Assembly: GCA_000320545.1 (NCBI GenBank)
Contig: ADNK01001598.1
Coordinates: 1 to 36,322 of the forward strand
Length of the DNA stretch: 36,322 nt
Reading direction: 5' to 3'
From: Bigelowiella natans CCMP2755
Taxonomy: Eukaryota; Protista; Cercozoa
Shown piece after piece: positions 24,201 through 33,986 of the stretch. The notes under the pieces were generated by a model that had not been told where the DNA came from, searched no databases, and saw only the letters and a program-made list of their open reading frames with translations. The stretch's first letter is position 1. Every line of letters starts with the position of its first letter. A program made the position numbers and the translations under genes.

Positions 24201-27200
24201 CGAAGGCGCAACTGTTGTCGGTCCACTGGTTGTTGGTTCACAAGTAGACGGACTTGTGGTTGTTGGTCCGCAAGTCGTAGGGCCTAAGGTGGTGGGGCTG
24301 CAACTCGTAGGAGCGCATGTTGTCGGTCCACACGTGGTGGGACCTAAAATATCAATTTTACATATCAGCACTCGGTAAAGATGTTCTCCAATCGAGTTTG
24401 ATGTCATAGTTTCTTATGGAAATAACTAGTACGGCAGTTGGAAACTGAATATCTTGTAAGATTATGCGAAATCGTATCAACCTTCTGTCGTTGGCCCTTG
24501 TGTAGACGGACTAGCGGTAGTGGGCCCATGTGTTGTTGGGCCTACTGTCGTTGGTCCGGTTGTGGTGGGGCCGCAGGTCGAAGGCCCAAGTGTTGTTGGC
24601 CCAGTAGTAGTCGGTCCACATGTGGAGGGTCCAAGTGTTGTTGGCCCCAACGTCGTAGGACCGAGAGTAGTTGGTCCGCCGGTCGTGGGGACGCTCGTTG
24701 TGGGCGAGCAAGTAGGAAAGTTCGGGACGGTTCCCGGGATGACAGGGATGACCAACGTTGATATCGCCCCCTGAGAGCGAGGCACAGAGAGTTGTCGAAG
24801 CATAAATTATTGTTTTCTAGAACATTCTTTCTGAGACGTAAGTGAAAACTTTTTGATAGCTTTTCAGCGATATCAGAGGAACAATTCATTGCGAAGGCAA
24901 TAATTCTCGAATGGGATAAAGCGAGGTGCTCTACGCGTTTAATGCTTGAGATGGATTCACCCCACGCAAATATACAACCGAAACAGACTATGATTCTTTG
25001 CCAAAGAGAGTTAATTACTTAAAAAGTCAGGTCTACCTGCCAAGAGGAGTCCTCACAAGCTATGACCAGTCCTATCGGAGCCAAGTTTGTATCATTCAAT
25101 AGGATTGACGGTTTCGCGCCTGCAAAATAAATAAACGCATTTTGGCGAACCAATATGAATTCCAACTGATGAATACGTGGGGAAATCTGAAAGAAAAATG
25201 AATAATTCATTTTAGGGATCTCCGAACTCAACGCTATCAGAGCAGCTTGCTCAACATCGGGACCGATCTCAAAATCTCATCTTTTTATGCAAATTAAAAA
25301 GTCTGTGCGGACGGGGGGGGTTATTATTACATATTGGCGACACAACGGTGGTCCCGTCGGTATACTGGTAAGTATTCGTGAAGATAGTGCCCGACACCTT
25401 CCACCTTTGGTGTGAACAACAATTATATAGAGTTAGGGCTGCTGAGAATATGATCGGGGCAGTGTCACACAGCAGCATCGTCTGCCACCCTCGAAACCTA
25501 CCCGCCGGGAACAAAGGGGTCCGAGTTGTACGCGTGCTTTACGTTGAGAGTGCCCGAAGAATCGCTCACATCCGTATAAATCACGTGCGTATTGCCTGAT
25601 AATTAACCACAAAGTTATATTTGTGGGAGGGCGCATACACTTTTTAATGAGAGGGAGTCCCCTTCATCGGAGTGTGCTTAAGCCTAAATTTAGAGACAAG
25701 CAATGATCTCTGAAATATGTACCGCACCGTTCTTATCGAGCCATATGTGTGGGTCGTGGAGACCTCCGAATGATTGGTATGTAGTAGTCCCGAAGATGTT
25801 GTCTGAGCTAAATTGCTGGAAAGAAGAATGTTGCGGATAAGAAAACAGCCACACAGATCGATAAAACAGAGGGGAGAGGGTAAATTGGCAAGATTCCGAA
25901 AGAATGAAGATTGCACTAAAGTGGGGGGTGGGGAGAGCTGTACGTATGCTGTTGGCGAGGTAAAATCCGAAGACTGTACGAACCTGCGGTAGCATATGTT
26001 TGTAAAAGTCATCCATTGAATCGGTGCAAGCGAATTGGGTTGGTGGTACAAGCAAGTAATCTTATACACATAGAGGGGGAGAATAGTTTATCTCTAACTA
26101 AACTTCGATGACCATTGACTGATTTTTCTATTGTTGTCTGTAAGTCATGGCCGCAGATTCTACTGTATCACTCAGGATATCCCATGTCTGTTTTCGGCTT
26201 ACCCGAACACCCCACACCGATTGGCAGAGGTTGGACAATCTCTCTTGTGGTTGAACAGGCCCCTCACAGATCCCTTTGAAACAAAATATCGATTGTGTGA
26301 TCCGAAAAATAGAGTTGAGGGCGGAAGATCTCTCTTAAAGATTCATTGAAGGAGGGTGGTGGCTACATAGCACACAGCAGAGGATGAGGTGTTGTGGTTC
26401 TTACGTCGGCTTCAATCGCAACGCTCATTTGCATGTTCATGTCCGTAGATCCCCCGAGAGGGTCCTTGATCTTAACCTGGTTTGTAATGGAGGATTATGC
26501 GTGATGAGTTGAGGGCTCTGTTCATTCACGGAGGCAAATCGAACCAGAGAGCTCCATGATGTAAGCTCTTCCGGGGAGAGCGTATAGGACATATATGTCG
26601 GCAAAGGTCCTACGTTGGGGAGTGACATAATCCACGATTAAGAATATGTTGATAATATATCATTCTGGTTGTTACACGAAAACAGACATGGTTACTATGA
26701 TCTACCTTGGGTTATGACGCTTGCATTCATCGCACAGACTCCCATTTGCTCCGCCTGTGATAAGTTTCAAAGCAAAAGGCGTCAGTAAAGCTTTCCAAGG
26801 GCTAAGGAAAATCAATAATTGTTTGCAGCACCGTTGTAGCAGTTGGGTCCCCTACGTGATTTGTCCCACACTCACATTCAGCCTGAGGGTAAGAGTTCGT
26901 GTCAGTTGTAAATGACTGCTGAGTGATGGTGGTTATTCGTTTAAATCTTGGGTTCTCCGTACCCATGGATAGGTTGTCCCTCCATTCACTCTGCCCGAAA
27001 GGTACATTACAAATGCCCCTGTTTGAGGGTTCCGAACAACCTGGGATCAAAGCGAAAAGAAGAAATAGCACGTCAGGAATATTTAATCACGAAATTCTAA
27101 AGAGTCAGACTCGCACAGACGATGACAATTTATCCACTTTACGTAAATAGGTTGAGACCTTTACGTCGGTTGCATAGACATCGAAAATTGTTCCTGAATA

Positions 27201-27812
27201 CAATGAGAAACAACTTCAGAATCACATCCCGCTTAGGTTTTACCAGTGCCTCCCTACCATATCTTGTATAAGGTCCATACGGTGATTCTGTGGATAGTTG
27301 CGGGTTTAAAGTTTGTCAGTTTATCCATCGTGGTTGCTAATTGAGAAGGATCTTACCTAAGGAGTAAGCGTGAACGACTCGAGAATTTGTGCCTCTTGTG
27401 TCAAAGCCGCATGATCGGGAGATCTCCACGGCAAAGAGATGGTAGATCCTGCCAAATAAGAGCAATACCAACAGATTTAAGCGCTCGAGTCATTCTTCTC
27501 ATGATTTCAAGGAAATCACTAGGATGAAACTATAGATAACATGTTGTGCAATATGTACCCTTCGTCATAGATTATTGACGCTCCCAGAGTAGAAACTGGC
27601 GGTGATTGACCAAGCTGGTCAAAACCAATCTTCGCTGGGTCGACCTTACCAATGCGTAGGATCTCACATTTGTTGCCTTGCCATCCAGAGAAGCAAGAGC
27701 ACATCCCCCCAGAGCAAACACCATTAAGAGAACAGTCTTCGTTCGTGGAGCAGGTGGTGGCCAATGAGGGACGGACAAGGAGAAGTAGGCACAAGTGGGA
27801 CAGAGTCCACAT
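11361..27812 (-). CDS. Giant multi-exon surface protein: signal peptide, EGF-like, glycoside-hydrolase-like beta-propeller, Pro/Thr/Cys repeat stalk, REJ, polycystin-1-like membrane region
   Basis: ATG at 27812 gives MWTLSHLCLLLLVRPSLA (signal) then CSTNEDCSLNGVC...CSCFSGWQGNKC. Short exons follow (IYHLFAVEISRSCG...NSRVVHA; SPYGPY; AKPSILLN...SSWQ), and the last splices in phase 0 to GAISTLVIPV plus the PT repeats. ORF 13620-17792 has REJ motifs (FVWTQLSGP, IQGGS, TLDASSSYDPD, FAWNVSC, P.SG....T.F.F.C.GW) and a TM helix. Later exons (12609-13532, ~12350-12560, 11361-11880) carry HHLVFAIF, hydrophobic helices and FLLLEP. Not every splice junction was traced. Confidence 0.75.
11965..12305. repeat. 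Intronic microsatellites (CA)n and (TGTATG)n
   Basis: Visible at about 11965-12004 and 12255-12305. Confidence 0.9.
16940..24720 (-). repeat. Coding 15-bp tandem repeat, pentapeptide (G/S/A)-P-(T/S)-T-(C/x), split across about 13 exons
   Basis: Overlapping ORFs all read PTTCGPTT... Introns traced between 18270 and 21790 have GT-AG ends. About 6.4 kb of repeat exon by rough sum, so on the order of 400 units. Confidence 0.93.
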
Positions 27813-28270
27813 CGCCAATGTCCGACCTCTTTGGCACTGGGGCGGCAAAACCATGTCACAGCCTTTCCCACCAAAGGGTGATCCTTCTCAGCCGCGGTAA
27901 GCGTACTGCTCTGTTTGGATCAAGCAGAGCTCTGCCAACGGCCAGATGGGGGGGCCTGGCCGACATGAGTCCAGAAAGCAAATGATTAATGCATGTATTG
28001 ATATAACTACTTGATCTGCATGTTCGCAGTGTATGTAACTCCCGTACGTTACCATCGTGCCAACGGACATCTCTCTAAATTCTTGCACAATATCCTTGTC
28101 GCTCTTCTAAAACGGAACTCTTTCCTCAGGCATGAATGTTGTTTCTTTTGAACCATGCAGAGCATTTCGGCTTTTTGGCGCACTAAAAAAACAGAGGCGA
28201 TTTTGTCAAAATGATCGATTGGAGTACAGGTAGCTCGGGCTTGCATGTGCGATGAGCACACAAAAATGGA

Positions 28271-28596
28271 TGTTGCGCGTAAGGTGTTCACAGGCCGAGG
28301 CGCTACGTGCACAAGTAGGCAGGGGGGGGGAAAGGCACGTTTGCTTCCTTTTGAAGAGTTTTGTTTATTTTTATTAAAGATTATATTTTTGTTAAATCGT
28401 GCACTGCGTAATCATTCGCGAAGCTTTCGCGAATGCCGCCGCACGTGGGGCAGCACACTTCCGGTGTGCTGCCATGAGTCCCGCCGGAACCCACGTGCCT
28501 ATACTGTATTAATATCTACGTTATCTATATTCTATATCCGCGACAACCCCTTTGTTGTCGCACGTGACTTGTGCTCGCGTAGTAGTACGCACTACA
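28271..28596 (-). repeat. 3' LTR of copy 2
   Basis: Direct repeat of 33661-33986; 6 substitutions seen relative to the copy-1 LTRs. Confidence 0.97.
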
Positions 28597-28647
28597 CCTC
28601 CCCCAAGTCACGTTGCTCCTTCCTTCCTTCCTTATTCCCTTAGACCT

Positions 28648-31600
28648 TTATCGCTTTCGGAACTTCACCAACCACCAGGTAATAGATTCCTCTCTAACCT
28701 TATCTCCTTTGTCGCTTACCCAGAACTCACCTTCGTCCTTAGGTTCGTGTCCATCCCAGCCCTCTGCATCAAGGTCCCCCAGGACCTTATACCAGTGCTC
28801 AAAGGGTAAGTCGGGAACAGCTAGGTAGAGTAGCTGATATTTTCCGTCCTTTATTTTCATAGCTACCCTCTCCATATTTCGTAATCCAGGGTAGCCTAGA
28901 TAGACAATCTTCATGCGCCAATCGTCGTTCACCCTGACCTTATTATTTCCATATTCCACATCGAACTTAGGTCGGGGTCCTAAACAAGGCATGGCTCGCT
29001 CCCACACAGTAGGGTTTACTTTAACATCCTCTAGGAGCTTCTCACCGATATCATAATTCTTTAGGTGACTGATGTGGCGCAAGGTGACCCTGTTCCCATC
29101 ATAGATGTAGTACTGCTTCCTCCCCTTCCTCTCGGTAACCTTTGCAACGCCACCCCAGAAGGGGTCTTGTTTATTTCTCGATCTCAGATTTACCTTGGCC
29201 CTAACATACTGTCCTTCCTTTAGAACTCGGCCATCGTACGGGACCTTCTCGTCTTCGCTCTCGGTATCGTCGTCGTTGTCGTCGCCTTCTTCCCTCTCCT
29301 TATCCTTGATACCTCCCCCAGACGTGAAGGTGTCGTTTACTAACCCTTGTATCTTGTCTGGTGTGGTGCTATTTATCCTGCTTAGGTTGGCCAAGGTGCG
29401 GTGGAGTCGCTCTACCTTGGAGTTGGACTGGGCATAGTATACAGGTGAGGCATCAATATTAGGGTGTGGTAGCTGTAGAAGAGAGGTCTCATTATCCACA
29501 TGTAACTTCTTTGGTATCTTGTTTATGCTAACTTCATCAGGGATAGCCTGGAGCTCAGACTCCCAGGTACGGTAGCAGTTAGTAAGCCTCTGCTTATATA
29601 AGCCTTTGTTCTTCTTAGCAACGTTGACCTTGATAATCTTTTTAACCCAGCACTTTCCAGTGGCCACATCAACGAAGGTAAGGTAGTGATAGCCATCGTA
29701 CTTATAAACATCAATTTGCACGATATCTAAGAAGTTCCTTGCTTTGATTTTCTTAGATGCACGGCTCTTGCTGGACTCCTTGGTGGCGACGCCTGCCGCC
29801 TTCAAGCTGGAGCACCTGCAGCCACGCAGGTATGTCCTTATCTCTTTTAGCTTGTAGGGCCAGTAGTAATGGTAGAGTAGAGCAGTGATATGGTTTTCTC
29901 CTACGTGTGCAGGTCCATGGGCGGTAAAGAGAAGGGCTCCCCTGGTCCGCCGTGGCACGTAGGTACGCCTAACATTATTAGTGTATACATATATCCTATC
30001 ACTAAGTACCTCATGCTTGTGTTTGTATTTATCCAGGTGTTCTTGAAGGTGCTGGAGCTCCTCTGGCTCAGGCAGGAAGTCGCCGTCCTCGAAGGTAATC
30101 GCGTTAACCATAGGGGTGACCTGGGTAGGGACTTTCTTTTCGAACAGCCTGCTGAAATAGTCAGCAAGCTGCTTGTCTCCTGGTGCGTAGACCACTGTCC
30201 TCTTGTCCCTAAACTCTTCCGTGTCCGCCCTCATAGCTGCATACTCATCGTTAGGCGCTTCGAGCTTGCGGTTGATGCCTAGGAGGGGCTTGTGGTCAGT
30301 CATTAAGGTGAAGCTGGGCACCGACAGCAGGTAGTATCTTAGTTTCCTCTGCGCCTCAGTCATGGCTTTATACTCTCCTTTTGTAGGGCTGTATTTGGCC
30401 TCAGCTGCTGTACAGGCCCTGCCCCACACCCGTATGATCTGCTGGTCTTGGGTAAGTACAGCAGCCATACCTAGCTTAGACCAGTCTGTCCATAGGGTAG
30501 CTGGTCTAGTAGTGTCTAGCTTAGCATTCAATAGGGTGTTGCTGCATAACTTTATTAGGTTATCGAAGTGGGCATCAAGGCCAGCCTTGGCCCACACCTT
30601 AGCGAAGCTGAGGCCTACAGAGTTCTCCTTCCGGTAAGCAGTAGTAAAAGCAGCTGCAGTCCTAGCGTAGGTAGGGGAGAACCTACGTAGTATCCAAGCT
30701 GCAGTCTGCAAGAATGACTTTAACTCCTTTGCATTCTTAGGTTTAGGGGCTTGCTGTAGTGCTGCTACTTTCTCGGGGTTTGGGGTGATGCGGCCTTGCT
30801 CCAGGTAATATCCACACCACTTGATTCTTGTAGCTAGGAATGTACACTTCTGCAGTCTAATAGTAAAACCGAAGTGTGCAAACCTAATAAATATATTTTC
30901 CAGGAGGAAGATCTGAGCGACGACTGTGTTGGTACATATTATGTCATCATCCACATACACAAACACAAACACCCACAACACAGACGCCATCCCATCATGT
31001 GTGTATGCCCTGTAGTTCTGACTACTGAACGCATCCCCTGATATGCTTAGGCCGTAAGGGAATACGACGAAGTGCCACTTCCTGTGCCTGCTGGAGAACG
31101 CGGTAATGGGGCGGGAGGTTTTGTGGATGGGTGTCTGCATGTATGATTCATTTTTATCTAGGGAAGAGTAGTATTTGTATCCTATGACGTGTTCAATAAC
31201 GTCATCTATCCTTGGTGTAGGTGTCTGGATCCTCTTTATTACTCGGTTGTGGCGGATGAAGTTGTGCGCCAGGCGGAAGAAAGGGTAAGTAGGTTTCTTA
31301 GCTAGCACATGTCTCACGTTCCATGGTGAGTTGCTTGGCTCTATCTTCCCTTCCTTTGCCCATTCATTGATCTGCCACTCTATCTTTTCCCAGTCCGCTT
31401 CCGGTCGCCTATGTTCTGGGTCATTGATGATGCACTCTTCGTATCCCTCCTTTAGCTCGATCTTTACTGGGGTAAGTTTGCTGGAGGGCTTCGTCGTCGG
31501 CTTGGTAATGTCAGAGTACTTCTCGTTTAATATTTTATTAATGTACTTTTTGCCTTTGTCGATATCCCAATCATCAGCTGGGGGGGTCTTGTCCAGTAGC

Positions 31601-33621
31601 TCCGTTATCTGTCGGATGGTCTTGCCGGGGTTCTTCTTCCGTATCTCGGAAGGTGTAGGTAGCTTGTTGTCCGCTAGGTCCATAAACTCTAACGCATTAA
31701 CGCTTGACTCAGAGGTCCACTCGTCAAGCCGTATCATGTTCTGGCTGATGGTCCTGCCTGACTTCTTTGGCAACTTAGCAAAGTATATCTTGTGATTGTA
31801 GAATGATATGATCCCCCCTAATTTTTCTAGGGCATCCTGTCCGAGGAGTAGTTCCATGGATAAAGTCATGGCTACTCGGGTCTTGATTTGGGTCTCCGCG
31901 TCGCTGCCAGGTATCTGTAGCTTTAGCATTAGCTCACCGACGGTCTTCATGGAAGAGCTTCCGTCTGCTTGAGCATATTTACGTTCTTTCTTAGTCACTT
32001 GATCCAATAGTCCTAACCTTCTTACTGTGCTTAGGCTTATGAAGGACTTCGGCATGCTGCCACTATCCCAAAGGGCAGGTAGTTTCTTGTAGTCTCCGTA
32101 GCTGTCTTTAACTTTAACCTTGGTCATAGCAACTTTGATAGTCCTGTTAGCGTCTTCGTCATTAATGTTGCATACTCCTAAGTTCTTTATGTCGTCTAGG
32201 GTCATGGGCTTGTCTTGGTCCTGCGTTGCTGGTACTGCTGTCTTCGTCGGCGCCTGCTTAAGGTGATCTAATATTCCGTTTATCTGCTGCTGTATAGCAT
32301 TGATACTGTTCTGCTTTTTGTTCTTATATTTATTGTTCTTCCCGTTGTTGCTGCCTTGCCATTTGCTGTTGTTATATCCTTGTCCTCTGCCTTTCTTTCT
32401 CTTTAACTTCTCGTAGTGTTCGTTGAGCTGCCTGATCGTCATCCTGGGTCGTCCTTCTTTCCTGTCTCTGCAGTCTTTAGCGGTGTGTTTCCCTTTACGT
32501 GAGCAGTATCCGCAACGTCGGTTACCTTCCCTGTCCTTGTACCAGTCTCGCTGCGGCTTAATAGCGTTAATGTTTCCTATGCCAGGTACCTTAGGGCTGG
32601 TAAACTTGCGGTCCTGCTCCTGCTCGCGTAGGGATATAGCCTGCACTGCTGCCTCCATCGTGGTGTAGCCTTTCTCCGTAACGTAAGTGGATTCCTTTAT
32701 CTTTAACTTGAACTCTTCAAACCTTGCCTGATCATCACCTGTGTTGTAATTAAAATCATGTAGTTCGTCGATCATATCCTGGAAGCGCGTGGCAAAGTCT
32801 CTAACAGGTTCTCTCTCATGCTGCATCATTGCTCTGTATTTTCTAATAGCCTGGGGTAGGGAGTTAGCATCCTGTTCATTTACAAAAGCCTTCATTATCG
32901 CCTCAACGTCTCGTAGCCCACTAACTGTAGTGTGTATTTTCTCCAGCTGCCTGATCCGGGTCCTGCCTGTCTCGTAAAGGTCCATGGCTTGCTTTATTAT
33001 AGCTAGCCATTTGAGCTTGTCGTTTTCGGTGGGGTTAGGGGTAAAGTCGCAGAGTATACTCCTAGCGTTCTTCCACCACCTCCTTGCCTCACCTCTTTTC
33101 CCGTTGTATTTCGTTATCATAACCGGTGCTGTTTTAACAGACATGAACTGGGTGTTCCGCTGTACCGGCTGCTGCTGCTTGACGGTGCTCTGGGTCGTCC
33201 CCCGCGAGGCGCCCAGACCCCCGTCGTTCCTAAACAAAGCTGCCCACTCTGGAGGTAAGTCTGCTTCGTAATCCATGATGTCCTGCATGATAGCTGCCCA
33301 AACATCATGTGTCTGATACTTGTATTCTATCGATACTTTCAGTTTGGCGTAGTTGCTCGCCCTGGGTCGCAAGGCTCGTAATGCCATTACGACCTTCTTG
33401 CTTTCGGCGGCCACGTCCTCGTCGTCCGCCTCGTAGAAGTTCTCCAGTGCCTCTGCTGCTGCATCTGCTTTCTTAATCCCGGGTGCTGGTCCCGGCGGTG
33501 CCTGTGGAGGTGTTCCTCCTCCTTCCTTAGCGTCCGTATCGCCCTTCCTTTCCTGTTTCTGCTCGTGCCCTTGCACGGCCTGCGAGCCAAAGTCCTGCTG
33601 TTCTTCTAGCTGCTGTGACAT
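28648..33621 (-). CDS. Gag-Pol polyprotein, 1657 aa (Gag, PR, RT, RNase H, IN, C-terminal Dam-like domain)
   Basis: As copy 1 plus the full RT: SSLDKNESYMQ, TAFSS, VVFPYGL, VYVDDDII. The IN C-terminal module (PFWGGVAKV...HISHLKNY) is followed by about 130 extra residues. Confidence 0.96.
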   Translation of the reverse strand: MSQQLEEQQDFGSQAVQGHEQKQERKGDTDAKEGGGTPPQAPPGPAPGIKKADAAAEALENFYEADDEDVAAESKKVVMALRALRPRASNYAKLKVSIEYKYQTHDVWAAIMQDIMDYEADLPPEWAALFRNDGGLGASRGTTQSTVKQQQPVQRNTQFMSVKTAPVMITKYNGKRGEARRWWKNARSILCDFTPNPTENDKLKWLAIIKQAMDLYETGRTRIRQLEKIHTTVSGLRDVEAIMKAFVNEQDANSLPQAIRKYRAMMQHEREPVRDFATRFQDMIDELHDFNYNTGDDQARFEEFKLKIKESTYVTEKGYTTMEAAVQAISLREQEQDRKFTSPKVPGIGNINAIKPQRDWYKDREGNRRCGYCSRKGKHTAKDCRDRKEGRPRMTIRQLNEHYEKLKRKKGRGQGYNNSKWQGSNNGKNNKYKNKKQNSINAIQQQINGILDHLKQAPTKTAVPATQDQDKPMTLDDIKNLGVCNINDEDANRTIKVAMTKVKVKDSYGDYKKLPALWDSGSMPKSFISLSTVRRLGLLDQVTKKERKYAQADGSSSMKTVGELMLKLQIPGSDAETQIKTRVAMTLSMELLLGQDALEKLGGIISFYNHKIYFAKLPKKSGRTISQNMIRLDEWTSESSVNALEFMDLADNKLPTPSEIRKKNPGKTIRQITELLDKTPPADDWDIDKGKKYINKILNEKYSDITKPTTKPSSKLTPVKIELKEGYEECIINDPEHRRPEADWEKIEWQINEWAKEGKIEPSNSPWNVRHVLAKKPTYPFFRLAHNFIRHNRVIKRIQTPTPRIDDVIEHVIGYKYYSSLDKNESYMQTPIHKTSRPITAFSSRHRKWHFVVFPYGLSISGDAFSSQNYRAYTHDGMASVLWVFVFVYVDDDIICTNTVVAQIFLLENIFIRFAHFGFTIRLQKCTFLATRIKWCGYYLEQGRITPNPEKVAALQQAPKPKNAKELKSFLQTAAWILRRFSPTYARTAAAFTTAYRKENSVGLSFAKVWAKAGLDAHFDNLIKLCSNTLLNAKLDTTRPATLWTDWSKLGMAAVLTQDQQIIRVWGRACTAAEAKYSPTKGEYKAMTEAQRKLRYYLLSVPSFTLMTDHKPLLGINRKLEAPNDEYAAMRADTEEFRDKRTVVYAPGDKQLADYFSRLFEKKVPTQVTPMVNAITFEDGDFLPEPEELQHLQEHLDKYKHKHEVLSDRIYVYTNNVRRTYVPRRTRGALLFTAHGPAHVGENHITALLYHYYWPYKLKEIRTYLRGCRCSSLKAAGVATKESSKSRASKKIKARNFLDIVQIDVYKYDGYHYLTFVDVATGKCWVKKIIKVNVAKKNKGLYKQRLTNCYRTWESELQAIPDEVSINKIPKKLHVDNETSLLQLPHPNIDASPVYYAQSNSKVERLHRTLANLSRINSTTPDKIQGLVNDTFTSGGGIKDKEREEGDDNDDDTESEDEKVPYDGRVLKEGQYVRAKVNLRSRNKQDPFWGGVAKVTERKGRKQYYIYDGNRVTLRHISHLKNYDIGEKLLEDVKVNPTVWERAMPCLGPRPKFDVEYGNNKVRVNDDWRMKIVYLGYPGLRNMERVAMKIKDGKYQLLYLAVPDLPFEHWYKVLGDLDAEGWDGHEPKDEGEFWVSDKGDKVREESITWWLVKFRKR

Positions 33622-33660
33622 TGTTAGTCAAATCGTTTCCCGTGTGTGGAAGCCAAAGGT

Positions 33661-33986
33661 TGTTGCGCGTAAGGTGTTCACAGGCCGAGGCGCTACGTGC
33701 ACAAGTAGGCAGGGGGGGGGAAAGGCACGTTTGCTTCCTTTTGAAGAGTTTTGTTTATTTTTATTAAAGATTATATTTTTGTTAAATCGTGCACTGCGTA
33801 ATCATTCGCGAAGCTTTCGCGAATGCCGCCGCACGTGGGGCAGCACACTTCCGGTGTGCTGCCATGAGTCCCGCCGGAACCCACGTGCCTATACTGTATT
33901 AATATCTACGTTATCTATATTCTATATCCGCGACAACCCCTTTGTTGTCGCACGTGACTTGTGCTCGCGTAGTAGTACGCACTACA
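33661..33986 (-). repeat. 5' LTR of copy 2
   Basis: Direct repeat of 28271-28596, adjacent to the PBS. Confidence 0.97.

Larger units (their letters stand above)
28271..33986 (-). mobile_element. Ty3/Gypsy LTR retrotransposon, copy 2 (full length, apparently intact)
   Basis: 326-bp LTRs at 28271-28596 and 33661-33986 that look identical by eye, 4-bp TSD TGGA (28267-28270 / 33987-33990), PPT 28597-28604, PBS 33638-33655, uninterrupted gag-pol. Confidence 0.97.

Noticed and set aside
16940-24720. Regular short repeats as a CRISPR-like array
   Set aside because: Contiguous degenerate 15-bp coding units with third-position variation, no unique spacers, eukaryotic intron context.
17047-24774. 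Long + strand ORFs reading (VVGPQ)n, elastin-like
   Set aside because: Antisense shadows of the PT repeat. Splice sites and the signal peptide and REJ context are all on the minus strand, and TA depletion removes stop codons.
30884-31180. RT deletion as a canonical spliced intron
   Set aside because: The 3' end is AG but no GT/GC donor exists in either possible register.
4927-33986. The two elements as an assembly duplication or one giant composite element
   Set aside because: Each has its own TSD (GATT, TGGA) and its own LTR variant, so they are independent insertions.
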